From Bugula neritina (lineage: Eukaryota > Animalia > Bryozoa): DNA of 64,000 nt. A program made the translations under genes and the position numbers. The DNA is taken from the NCBI GenBank assembly GCA_964035545.1, contig CAXIUT010000073.1, positions 372,001 to 436,000 of the forward strand, written 5' to 3'. Within the stretch, counting starts at the first letter, position 1. Every line of letters begins with the position of its first letter. The notes beneath the pieces are model-generated. The model worked only from the letters and a program-made list of their open reading frames with translations. It was not told the DNA's origin and searched no databases. Shown piece by piece: positions 1 through 12,348 of the stretch.

Positions 1-3000
1 AGACTTCATGAGCTGGTTAGCTGACAGGACTCATTAAAGTTCTTAACTCTTGTGTGTATAGTGATGCCCATCTTGAACTAGAGAGGGCTGACTGAAGACT
101 GCTACTTTGTGAAAATTGACAATGCATATTATTATTATTCATTGTTGAGATTCACGACTGCCATAAACAATGATAAAATATTCATTGTTGGTACTACTGA
201 GTAGAATAAAATATAATATAATATTATTCTCTGGACAGATAAACAATATCAAATGCATATTATAACATTACCATAAATCTACGGCGCTTCACATCTTCAC
301 CTTTTTCTGCAATGTTATTTCTTTGCAGTTAGAAGTACTAGCTGAATATATGACTATGAAACATAACCCTTCAATTTCATTGCACCAGCACCGATTTCAA
401 TGTAGGTGTGTTGGGAGTTATCTTTCCTAAATTTTTGTTCTTGGCAATTATACGAAACAGACACAGGCTAATATTAGTTTTGTTATTTGCAAGAGTTTTT
501 CTGTCTGATTGTCCATCAGCAAAAGTTTGCGCCTTCCCGTTATTATGGAAATTCCAGTGCTGCTGGAAGACCTTTGCATTGTACACCCGCCTTTACTATT
601 GAATTTAGATGTTTTATTTTCCCATCCCCTCTCCTGCCCCCCTGTCCCCTCTAACAACCAGCAATCCTGACTCATGCGAAATGTGTTATTAAGTTTTAGA
701 GTTGGACCATGGGCCGACAGTATACGATTTGAAGCTTTATAGTTTACAGGCAGTGGAGATGAGTCACTGCTGAAACCCATTTTATTAGTAGACTATATTG
801 CTCTTCAATCATCAGTTTTCATATTCAAAGAGAAAGCTCATCTGCAGCGCCATTTCACAGTGTTATGTTTTGCTAGAGTAATAACTAATTTTAGATGCCT
901 TTGCAAACATATGAGAAATAAATGAGTCATTTTATGAAAAGAGGTGTTTGCAGCAGTTGTCCACTTTTGATTTAGACGCGTCATGGAAACTTTTGTAGTT
1001 TTAAATAATATCTCCAAACTCATCACTTGCATGTGTTTATATACTTGATAAAGTTTTTCATGCAAAACTTGATGCCTGCTTCAAAGACACCAGTGCTTAA
1101 ATACTGCGTTAACTGTATTGGCACGTTGCCATGAGATATTTGGTAATATTTAGCATCACAACATACTCTTCAGAAAGTTAAGAAAATCAGTCTATAGAAA
1201 GTTAATGAAATAAACCTACCAGAGAGAGTAAGCCAGATGTAACAAGTAGATCCAAAACAAGTTGATTAACAATTGAAGTTGAATTCTCCATGTAGTGAAT
1301 ACTTTAGTCCTAATGTCAAATGCAAACGTCTGCAACCAAATTGTGTAGACTTCATGAGCTGGTTAGCTGACAGGACTCATTAAAGTTCTTAACTCTTGTG
1401 TGTATAGTGATGCCCATCTTGAACTAGAGAGGGCTGACTGAAGACTGCTACTTTGTGAAAATTGACAATGCATATTATTATTATTCATTGTTGAGATTCA
1501 CGACTGCCATAAACAATGATAAAATATTCATTGTTGGTACTACTGAGTAGAATAAAATATAATATAATATTATTCTCTGGACAGATAAACAATATCAAAT
1601 GCATATTATAACATTACCATAAATCTACGGCGCTTCACATCTTCACCTTTTTCTGCAATGTTATTTCTTTGCAGTTAGAAGTACTAGCTGAATATATGAC
1701 TATGAAACATAACCCTTCAATTTCATTGCACCAGCACCGATTTCAATATAGGTGTGTTGGGAGTTATCTTTCCTAAAGTTTTGTTCTTGGCGTTTATACG
1801 AAGCAGACACAGGCTAATATTAGTTTTGTTATTTGCAAGAGTTTTTCTGTCTGATTGTCCATCAGCAAAAGTTTGCGCCTTGCAGTTATTATGGAAATAC
1901 CAGTGATGCTGGAAGACCTTTGCATTGTACACCCGCCTTTACTATTGAATTTAGATGTTTTATTTTCCCATCCCCTCTCCTGCCCCCCTGTCCCCTCTAA
2001 CAACCAGCAATCCTGACTCATGTGAAATGTGTTATTAAGTTTTAGAGTTGGACCATGGGCCTACAGTATACGATTTGAAGCTTTATAGTTTACAGGCAGT
2101 GGAGATGAGTCACTGCTGAAACCCATTTTATTAGTAGACTATATTGCTCTTCAATCATCAGTTTGCATATTAAAACAGAAAGCTCATCTGCAGCGCCATT
2201 TCACAGTGTTAAATTTTGCTAGAGTAAAAATTAATTTTAGATGCCTTTGCAAACATATGAGAAATAAATGAGTCATTTTATGAAAAGAGGTGTTTGCAGC
2301 AGTTGTCCACTTTTGATTTAGACGCGTCATGGAAACTTTTGTAGTTTTAAATAATATCTCCAAACTCATCACTTGCATGTGTTTATATACTTGATGAAGT
2401 TTTTCATGCAAAACTTGATGCCTGCTTCAAAGACACCAGTTAACTGTATTGGCACGTTGCCATGAGATATTTGGTAATATTTAGCATCACAACATACTCT
2501 TCAGAAAGTTAAGAAAATCAGTCTATAGGAAGTTAATGAAATAAACCTACCAGAGAGAGTAAGCCAGATGTAACAAGTAGATCCAAAACAAGTTGATTAA
2601 CAATTGAAGTTGAATTCTCCATGTAGTGAATACTTTAGTCCTAATGTCAAATGCAAACGTCTGCAACCAAATTGTGTAGACTTCATGAGCTGGTTAGCTG
2701 ACAGGACTCATTAAAGTTCTTAACTCTTGTGTGTATAGTGATGCCCATCTTGAACTAGAGAGGGCTGACTGAAGACTGCTACTTTGTGAAAATTGACAAT
2801 GCGTATTATTATTATTCATTGTTGAGATTCACGACTGCCATAAACAATGATAAAATATTCATTGTTGGTACTACTGAGTAGAATAAAATATAATATAATA
2901 TTATTCTCTGGACAGATAAACAATATCAAATGCATAATATAACATTACCATAAATCTACGGCGCTTCACATCTTCACCTTTTTCTGCAATGTTATTTCTT

Positions 3001-6000
3001 TGCAGTTAGAAGTACTAGCTGAATATATGACTATGAAACATAACCCTTCAATTTCATTGCACCAGCACCGATTTCAATATAGGTGTGTTGGGAGTTATCT
3101 TTCCTAAAGTTTTGTTCTTGGCGTTTATACGAAGCAGACACAGGCTAATATTAGTTTTGTTATTTGCAAGAGTTTTTCTGTCTGATTGTCCATCAGCAAA
3201 AGTTTGCGCCTTCCCGTTATTATGGAAATTCCAGTGCTGCTGGAAGACCTTTGCATTGTACACCCGCCTTTACTATTGAATTTAGATGTTTTATTTTCCC
3301 ATCCCCTCTCCTGCCCCCCTGTCCCCTCTAACAACCAGCAATCCTGACTCATGCGAAATGTGTTATTAAGTTTTAGAGTTGGACCATGGGCCGACAGTAT
3401 ACGATTTGAAGCTTTATAGTTTACAGGCAGTGGAGATGAGTCACTGCTGAAACCCATTTTATTAGTAGACTATATTGCTCTTCAATCATCAGTTTTCATA
3501 TTCAAAGAGAAAGCTCATCTGCAGCGCCATTTCACAGTGTTATATTTTGCTAGAGTAATAACTAATTTTAGATGCCTTTGCAAACATATGAGAAATAAAT
3601 GAGTCATTTTATGAAAAGAGGTGTTTGCAGCAGTTGTCCACTTTTGATTTAGACGCGTCATGGAAACTTTTGTAGTTTTAAATAATATCTCCAAACTCAT
3701 CACTTGCATGTGTTTATATACTTGATAAAGTTTTTCATGCAAAACTTGATGCCTGCTTCAAAGACACCAGTGCTTAAAACTGTGTTAACTGTATTGGCAC
3801 GTTGCCATGAGATATTTGGTAATATTTAGCATCACAACATACTCTTCAGAAAGTTAAGAAAATCAGTCTATAGAAAGTTAATGAAATAAACCTACCAGAG
3901 AGAGTAAGCCAGATGTAACAAGTAGATCCAAAACAAGTTGATTGACAATTGAAGTTGAATTCTCCATGTAGTGAATACTTTAGTCCTAATGTCAAATGCA
4001 AACGTCTGCAACCAAATTGTGTAGACTTCATGAGCTGGTTAGCTGACAGGACTCATTAAAGTTCTTAACTCTTGTGTGTATAGTGATGCCCATCTTGAAC
4101 TAGAGAGGGCTGACTGAAGACTGCTACTTTGTGAAAATTGACAATGCATATTATTATTATTCATTGTTGAGATTCACGACTGCCATAAACAATGATAAAA
4201 TATTCATTGTTGGTACTACTGAGTAGAATAAAATATAATATAATATTATTCTCTGGACAGATAAACAATATCAAATGCATAATATAACATTACCATAAAT
4301 CTACGGCGCTTCACATCTTCACCTTTTTCTGCAATGTTATTTCTTTGCAGTTAGAAGTACTAGCTGAATATATGACTATGAAACATAACCCTTCAATTTC
4401 ATTGCACCAGCACCGATTTCAATATAGGTGTGTTGGGAGTTATCTTTCCTAAAGTTTTGTTCTTGGCGTTTATACGAAGCAGACACAGGCTAATATTAGT
4501 TTTGTTATTTGCAAGAGTTTTTCTGTCTGATTGTCCATCAGCAAAAGTTTGCGCCTTCCCGTTATTATGGAAATTCCAGTGCTGCTGGAAGACCTTTGCA
4601 TTGTACACCCGCCTTTACTATTGAATTTAGATGTTTTATTTTCCCATCCCCTCTCCTGCCCCCCTGTCCCCTCTAACAACCAGCAATCCTGACTCATGCG
4701 AAATGTGTTATTAAGTTTTAGAGTTGGACCATGGGCCGACAGTATACGATTTGAAGCTTTATAGTTTACAGGCAGTGGAGATGAGTCACTGCTGAAACCC
4801 ATTTTATTAGTAGACTATATTGCTCTTCAATCATCAGTTTTCATATTCAAAGAGAAAGCTCATCTGCAGCGCCATTTCACAGTGTTATATTTTGCTAGAG
4901 TAATAACTAATTTTAGATGCCTTTGCAAACATATGAGAAATAAATGAGTCATTTTATGAAAAGAGGTGTTTGCAGCAGTTGTCCACTTTTGATTTAGACG
5001 CGTCATGGAAACTTTTGTAGTTTTAAATAATATCTCCAAACTCATCACTTGCATGTGTTTATATACTTGATAAAGTTTTTCATGCAAAACTTGATGCCTG
5101 CTTCAAAGACACCAGTGCTTAAAACTGTGTTAACTGTATTGGCACGTTGCCATGAGATATTTGGTAATATTTAGCATCACAACATACTCTTCAGAAAGTT
5201 AAGAAAATCAGTCTATAGAAAGTTAATGAAATAAACCTACCAGAGAGAGTAAGCCAGATGTAACAAGTAGATCCAAAACCAGTTGATTGACAATTGAAGT
5301 TGAATTCTCCATGTAGTGAATACTTTAGTCCTAATGTCAAATGCAAACGTCTGCAACCAAATTGTGTAGACTTCATGAGCTGGTTAGCTGACAGGACTCA
5401 TTAAAGTTCTTAACTCTTGTGTGTATAGTGATGCCCATCTTGAACTAGAGAGGGCTGACTGAAGACTGCTACTTTGTGAAAATTGACAATGCATATTATT
5501 ATTATTCATTGTTGAGATTCACGACTGCCATAAACAATGATAAAATATTCATTGTTGGTACTACTGAGTAGAATAAAATATAATATAATATTATTCTCTG
5601 GACAGATAAACAATATCAAATGCATAATATAACATTACCATAAATCTACGGCGCTTCACATCTTCACCTTTTTCTGCAATGTTATTTCTTTGCAGTTAGA
5701 AGTACTAGCTGAATATATGACTATGAAACATAACCCTTCAATTTCATTGCACCAGCACCGATTTCAATATAGGTGTGTTGGGAGTTATCTTTCCTAAAGT
5801 TTTGTTCTTGGTGTTTATACGAAGCAGACACAGGCTAATATTAGTTTTGTTATTTGCAAGAGTTTTTCTGTCTGATTGTACATCAGCAAAAGTTTGCGCC
5901 TTGCAGTTATTATGGAAATACCAGTGATGCTGGAAGACCTTTGCATTGTACACCCGCCTTTACTATTGAATTTAGATGTTTTATTTTCCCATCCCCTCTC

Positions 6001-9000
6001 CTGCCCCCCTGTCCCCTCTAACAACCAGCAATCCTGACTCATGCGAAATGTGTTATTAAGTTTTAGAGTTGGACCATGGGCCGACAGTATACGATTTGAA
6101 GCTTTATAGTTTACAGGCAGTGGAGATGAGTCACTGCTGAAACCCATTTTATTAGTAGACTATATTGCTCTTCAATCATCAGTTTTCATATTCAAAGAGA
6201 AAGCTCATCTGCAGCGCCATTTCACAGTGTTATATTTTGCTAGAGTAATAACTAATTTTAGATGCCTTTGCAAACATATGAGAAATAAATGAGTCATTTT
6301 ATGAAAAGAGGTGTTTGCAGCAGTTGTCCACTTTTGATTTAGACGCGTCATGGAAACTTTTGTAGTTTTAAATAATATCTCCAAACTCATCACTTGCATG
6401 TGTTTATATACTTGATAAAGTTTTTCATGCAAAACTTGATGCCTGCTTCAAAGACACCAGTGCTTAAAACTGTGTTAACTGTATTGGCACGTTGCCATGA
6501 GATATTTGGTAATATTTAGCATCACAACATACTCTTCAGAAAGTTAAGAAAATCAGTCTATAGAAAGTTAATGAAATAAACCTACCAGAGAGAGTAAGCC
6601 AGATGTAACAAGTAGATCCAAAACCAGTTGATTGACAATTGAAGTTGAATTCTCCATGTAGTGAATACTTTAGTCCTAATGTCAAATGCAAACGTCTGCA
6701 ACCAAATTGTGTAGACTTCATGAGCTGGTTAGCTGACAGGACTCATTAAAGTTCTTAACTCTTGTGTGTATAGTGATGCCCATCTTGAACTAGAGAGGGC
6801 TGACTGAAGACTGCTACTTTGTGAAAATTGACAATGCATATTATTATTATTCATTGTTGAGATTCACGACTGCCATAAACAATGATAAAATATTCATTGT
6901 TGGTACTACTGAGTAGAATAAAATATAATATAATATTATTCTCTGGACAGATAAACAATATCAAATGCATAATATAACATTACCATAAATCTACGGCGCT
7001 TCACATCTTCACCTTTTTCTGCAATGTTATTTCTTTGCAGTTAGAAGTACTAGCTGAATATATGACTATGAAACATAACCCTTCAATTTCATTGCACCAG
7101 CACCGATTTCAATATAGGTGTGTTGGGAGTTATCTTTCCTAAAGTTTTGTTCTTGGTGTTTATACGAAGCAGACACAGGCTAATATTAGTTTTGTTATTT
7201 GCAAGAGTTTTTCTGTCTGATTGTACATCAGCAAAAGTTTGCGCCTTGCAGTTATTATGGAAATACCAGTGATGCTGGAAGACCTTTGCATTGTACACCC
7301 GCCTTTACTATTGAATTTAGATGTTTTATTTTCCCATCCCCTCTCCTGCCCCCCTGTCCCCTCTAACAACCAGCAATCCTGACTCATGCGAAATGTGTTA
7401 TTAAGTTTTAGAGTTGGACCATGGGCCGACAGTATACGATTTGAAGCTTTATAGTTTACAGGCAGTGGAGATGAGTCACTGCTGAAACCCATTTTATTAG
7501 TAGACTATATTGCTCTTCAATCATCAGTTTTCATATTCAAAGAGAAAGCTCATCTGCAGCGCCATTTCACAGTGTTATATTTTGCTAGAGTAATAACTAA
7601 TTTTAGATGCCTTTGCAAACATATGAGAAATAAATGAGTCATTTTATGAAAAGAGGTGTTTGCAGCAGTTGTCCACTTTTGATTTAGACGCGTCATGGAA
7701 ACTTTTGTAGTTTTAAATAATATCTCCAAACTCATCACTTGCATGTGTTTATATACTTGATAAAGTTTTTCATGCAAAACTTGATGCCTGCTTCAAAGAC
7801 ACCAGTGCTTAAAACTGTGTTAACTGTATTGGCACGTTGCCATGAGATATTTGGTAATATTTAGCATCACAACATACTCTTCAGAAAGTTAAGAAAATCA
7901 GTCTATAGAAAGTTAATGAAATAAACCTACCAGAGAGAGTAAGCCAGATGTAACAAGTAGATCCAAAACCAGTTGATTGACAATTGAAGTTGAATTCTCC
8001 ATGTAGTGAATACTTTAGTCCTAATGTCAAATGCAAACGTCTGCAACCAAATTGTGTAGACTTCATGAGCTGGTTAGCTGACAGGACTCATTAAAGTTCT
8101 TAACTCTTGTGTGTATAGTGATGCCCATCTTGAACTAGAGAGGGCTGACTGAAGACTGCTACTTTGTGAAAATTGACAATGCATATTATTATTATTCATT
8201 GTTGAGATTCACGACTGCCATAAACAATGATAAAATATTCATTGTTGGTACTACTGAGTAGAATAAAATATAATATAATATTATTCTCTGGACAGATAAA
8301 CAATATCAAATGCATAATATAACATTACCATAAATCTACGGCGCTTCACATCTTCACCTTTTTCTGCAATGTTATTTCTTTGCAGTTAGAAGTACTAGCT
8401 GAATATATGACTATGAAACATAACCCTTCAATTTCATTGCACCAGCACCGATTTCAATATAGGTGTGTTGGGAGTTATCTTTCCTAAAGTTTTGTTCTTG
8501 GTGTTTATACGAAGCAGACACAGGCTAATATTAGTTTTGTTATTTGCAAGAGTTTTTCTGTCTGATTGTACATCAGCAAAAGTTTGCGCCTTGCAGTTAT
8601 TATGGAAATACCAGTGATGCTGGAAGACCTTTGCATTGTACACCCGCCTTTACTATTGAATTTAGATGTTTTATTTTCCCATCCCCTCTCCTGCCCCCCT
8701 GTCCCCTCTAACAACCAGCAATCCTGACTCATGTGAAATGTGTTATTAAGTTTTAGAGTTGGACCATGGGCCTACAGTATACGATTTGAAGCTTTATAGT
8801 TTACAGGCAGTGGAGATGAGTCACTGCTGAAACCCATTTTATTAGTAGACTATATTGCTCTTCAATCATCAGTTTGCATATTAAAACAGAAAGCTCATCT
8901 GCAGCGCCATTTCACAGTGTTAAATTTTGCTAGAGTAAAAATTAATTTTAGATGCCTTTGCAAACATATGAGAAATAAATGAGTCATTTTATGAAAAGAG

Positions 9001-10735
9001 GTGTTTGCAGCAGTTGTCCACTTTTGATTTAGACGCGTCATGGAAACTTTTGTAGTTTTAAATAATATCTCCAAACTCATCACTTGCATGTGTTTATATA
9101 CTTGATAAAGTTTTTCATGCAAAACTTGATGCCTGCTTCAAAGACACCAGTGCTTAAATACTGTGCTAACTGTATTGGCACGTTGCCATGAGATATTTGG
9201 TAATATTTAGCATCACAACATACTCTTCAGAAAGTTAAGAAAATCAGTCTATAGAAAGTTAATGAAATAAACCTACCAGAGAGAGTAAGCCAGATGTAAC
9301 AAGTAGATCCAAAACAAGTTGATTAACAATTGAAGTTGAATTCTCCATGTAGTGAATACTTTAGTCCTAATGTCAAATGCAAACGTCTGCAACCAAATTG
9401 TGTAGACTTCATGAGCTGGTTAGCTGACAGGACTCATTAAAGTTCTTAACTCTTGTGTGTATAGTGATGCCCATCTTGAACTAGAGAGGGCTGACTGAAG
9501 ACTGCTACTTTGTGAAAATTGACAATGCATATTATTATTATTCATTGTTGAGATTCACGACTGCCATAAACAATGATAAAATATTCATTGTTGGTACTAC
9601 TGAGTAGAATAAAATATAATATAATATTATTCTCTGGACAGATAAACAATATCAAATGCATATTATAACATTACCATAAATCTACGGCGCTTCACATCTT
9701 CACTTTTTTCTGCAATGTTATTTCTTTGCAGTTAGAAGTACTAGCTGAATATATGACTATGAAACATAACCCTTCAATTTCATTGCACCAGCACCGATTT
9801 CAATATAGGTGTGTTGGGAGTTATCTTTCCTAAATTTTTGTTCTTGGCGTTTATACGAAACAGACACAGGCTAATATTAGTTTTGTTATTTGCAAAAGTT
9901 TTTCTGTCTGATTTTCCATCAGCAAAAGTTTGCGCCTTCCCGTTATTATGGAAATTCCAGTGCTGCTGGAAGACCTTTGCATTGTACACCCGCCTTTACT
10001 ATTGAATTTAGATGTTTTATTTTCCCATCCCCTCTCCTGCCCCCCTGTCCCCTCTAACAACCAGCAATCCTGACTCATGCGAAATGTGTTATTAAGTTTT
10101 AGAGTTGGACCATGGGCCTACAGTATACGATTTGAAGCTTTATAGTTTACAGGCAGTGGAGATGAGTCACTGCTGAAACCCATTTTATTAGTAGACTATA
10201 TTGCTCTTCAATCATCAGTTTGCATATTAAAACAGAAAGCTCATCTGCAGCGCCATTTCACAGTGTTAAATTTTGCTAGAGTAAAAATTAATTTTAGATG
10301 CCTTTGCAAACATATGAGAAATAAATGAGTCATTTTATGAAAAGAGGTGTTTGCAGCAGTTGTCCACTTTTGATTTAGACGCGTCATGGAAACTTTTGTA
10401 GTTTTAAATAATATCTCCAAACTCATCACTTGCATGTGTTTATATACTTGATAAAGTTTTTCATGCAAAACTTGATGCCTGCTTCAAAGACACCAGTGCT
10501 TAAATACTGTGTTAACTGTATTGGCACGTTGCCATGAGATATTTGGTAATATTTAGCATCACAACATACTCTTCAGAAAGTTAAGAAAATCAGTCTATAG
10601 AAAGTTAATGAAATAAACCCACCAGAGAGAGTAAGCCAGATGTAACAAGTAGATCCAAAACAAGTTGATTAACGATTGAAGTTGAATTCTCCTTGTAGTG
10701 AATACTTTAGTCCTAATGTCAAATGCAAACGTCTG
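1..10735. repeat. Tandem macrosatellite, subfamily A, ~8 monomers of 1345-1346 bp (one 1331 bp); continues past the window start
   Basis: The same marker ORF recurs at 377, 1723, 3054, 4399, 5744, 7089, 8434 and 9780; monomers are near-identical and head-to-tail. Confidence 0.98.
10730..10735 (+). other. Left 6-bp target-site duplication (CGTCTG) of the Polinton
   Basis: CGTCTG occurs once at this position in intact monomers and flanks both element ends (also 25072-25077); 9780+1346+14336+6=25468 restores the array phase exactly. Confidence 0.97.
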
Positions 10736-11301
10736 AGTAGTAGTAGGTGGATGGTCCTGGGACAACCCTTCCCCCGTCGAGTCTTCGACTCTCCGGTGTC
10801 AGGGATTGTCCCAGGACGCATCCACCTACTACTACTCTATTAATATTTTTATTAATTTTTTAGTATTAATTTTAAAAAAAATGTATTAACCTTTCCCCGT
10901 TAAGTTTTCGACTCTCCGGTGTCAGGGATTGTCCCAGGACGCATCCACCTACTACTACTTTATTAATATTTTTATTAATTTTTTAGTATTAATTTTAAAA
11001 AAATGTATTTTCTTTTCACTATTTTTACTTTCCTATTATTAGTAATAGAAATAAATTATTATACGCTGAGAATATAATAATTTATTACCAATAGCGTTTA
11101 AACGTCATAACTTGGAAATGTTGGTAAAGATTCAGTAGATTCGGTTATACTTCCATCATTTGTTGATATAACTAATTTATTACCAACTGCTCCTTGTAAT
11201 TTAGGAATAGCGTAATTATTTATATTATTTATTGTAATAAGATCTGAAATATTTATACCCGTTTCTACAATATTACCATCACTCGAAAGCATTAATAATT
11301 T
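10736..11301 (+). repeat. Left terminal inverted repeat (566 bp) of the Polinton
   Basis: Reverse complement of 24506-25071 with ~8 mismatches seen by eye; contains a 123-bp-period internal direct repeat and a terminal hairpin. Confidence 0.95.
11098..11292 (-). pseudogene. 5'-truncated copy of the C-terminus of the 258-aa fibre-like gene, carried in the left TIR
   Basis: 64 aa matching the last 64 aa of ORF 23933-24709 except at 3 residues; lies wholly inside the TIR. Confidence 0.8.
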
Positions 11302-11302
11302 T

Positions 11303-11824
11303 TTAATTAGTTAAACTATTATAATAAAGTTTTAAATATACGTAATTAAAAGGTAGTGCATTAGTAGCGTCTTTACTCGGTGTATTAACAAGAATTACGT
11401 CATTAGGTTTATGACTCGGATAATTATTCGAAAGAGCTATTGTAAACGAAAAATTATTATTAGCGTTAACAATTTTATTAATATTTATTTTACTATACGG
11501 AGCATTATGTTCAGCACCGCTAATAGTATAAAATATATTTTCTTTAGACTCGTCAAATGGATTTACGCTATTACGAATATGTAAACCTAATTTTTTATCA
11601 GTCCAATATAATTCTTTCGTTTTATTATTAGGTGAACTTTCGTTATAAAATTGTATTAACGCATGCGTTATTTCTATAGATTTATTGACTAAATAATCAT
11701 TAATTAAATCTACCGTAAAGCTATTAATATCTTCGTAATAATAAAATTCGTGTTTAGGTATAATACTCGTAATATACGCTTTATTAGTCGTTATATTGAC
11801 TTTACTAAATTTATAAATATTCAT
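11303..11824 (-). CDS. Polinton 173-aa protein, paralogue of 11821-12348; putative fibre/knob-like virion protein
   Basis: TATAAATG start; shares TKELYWTDK, ISGxEHN and YPSHKP blocks with the neighbouring ORF; beta-rich. Function inferred. Confidence 0.75.
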   Translation of the reverse strand: MNIYKFSKVNITTNKAYITSIIPKHEFYYYEDINSFTVDLINDYLVNKSIEITHALIQFYNESSPNNKTKELYWTDKKLGLHIRNSVNPFDESKENIFYTISGAEHNAPYSKININKIVNANNNFSFTIALSNNYPSHKPNDVILVNTPSKDATNALPFNYVYLKLYYNSLTN

Positions 11825-12348
11825 TTATAATTATAATAAAGTTTTACTAATACGTAATGAAAAGGTAACGCCGCGGTAGTTATTTCACTAGCGGGAGTAT
11901 CGGTTAAAATTACGTTGCTAGGTTTATGACTAGGATAAGTTTTTGATAGCGCTATTGATATTGAAAAGTTTTTATTAGCTTCAATAACTTTATTAACGCT
12001 TATTTCGCTAAACGGGAGATTATGTTCGCTACCGCTTATATCATAAAAAGTATTTTCATCGGATACTCCGAATATTTCAGCGCTATTTCGAACTTGTAAG
12101 CCTATTCTTTTATCAGTCCAATAAAGTTCTTTAGTATTATGAGCTTGTTCACCGTAAAATTGTACTAGTATATTCGTTATTTCAATTGGTTCATCAACTA
12201 AAAAATCTTTAATTAACGTACCTCCGAATCCGCTAGAACTACCGTTGTAATAAGTAAATTCTGATGGAATTATAATATTCGTAATGTACGGTTTTTCATT
12301 TATTATATTAGCCTTAGTCGAATTTCCAAAAATATATACCGAAGTCAT
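11821..12348 (-). CDS. Polinton 175-aa protein, paralogue of 11303-11824; putative fibre/knob-like virion protein
   Basis: TATATAAATG start abutting the protease stop; colinear similarity with the downstream ORF. Function inferred. Confidence 0.75.
   Translation of the reverse strand: MTSVYIFGNSTKANIINEKPYITNIIIPSEFTYYNGSSSGFGGTLIKDFLVDEPIEITNILVQFYGEQAHNTKELYWTDKRIGLQVRNSAEIFGVSDENTFYDISGSEHNLPFSEISVNKVIEANKNFSISIALSKTYPSHKPSNVILTDTPASEITTAALPFHYVLVKLYYNYK

Noticed and set aside
190-206. TACTACTGAGTAG in the monomer resembles joined Polinton termini
   Set aside because: Short, low-complexity match, and not the site actually used for insertion; likely chance.
405-445. Possible spliced-leader or snRNA gene (donor, small hairpin, Sm-like AATTTTTG)
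   Set aside because: The Sm-like site and stem are among the most variable positions between monomers, and no known SL or snRNA sequence is recognisable.
800-1030. Box C (GTGATGA) and box D (CTGA) motifs on the minus strand suggesting a snoRNA
   Set aside because: Spacing of ~215 nt, with no terminal stem or U3-type boxes.
377-1065. Recurrent 60-110-aa ORFs in each monomer (e.g. MYNAKVF..., MSQDCWL..., MHEKLYQ...)
   Set aside because: They overlap on both strands and have no recognisable domains. In the 75-aa ORF only ~2 of 12 A/B differences fall at third codon positions, and several of the ORFs appear and disappear between copies. Recurrence just reflects the repeat.
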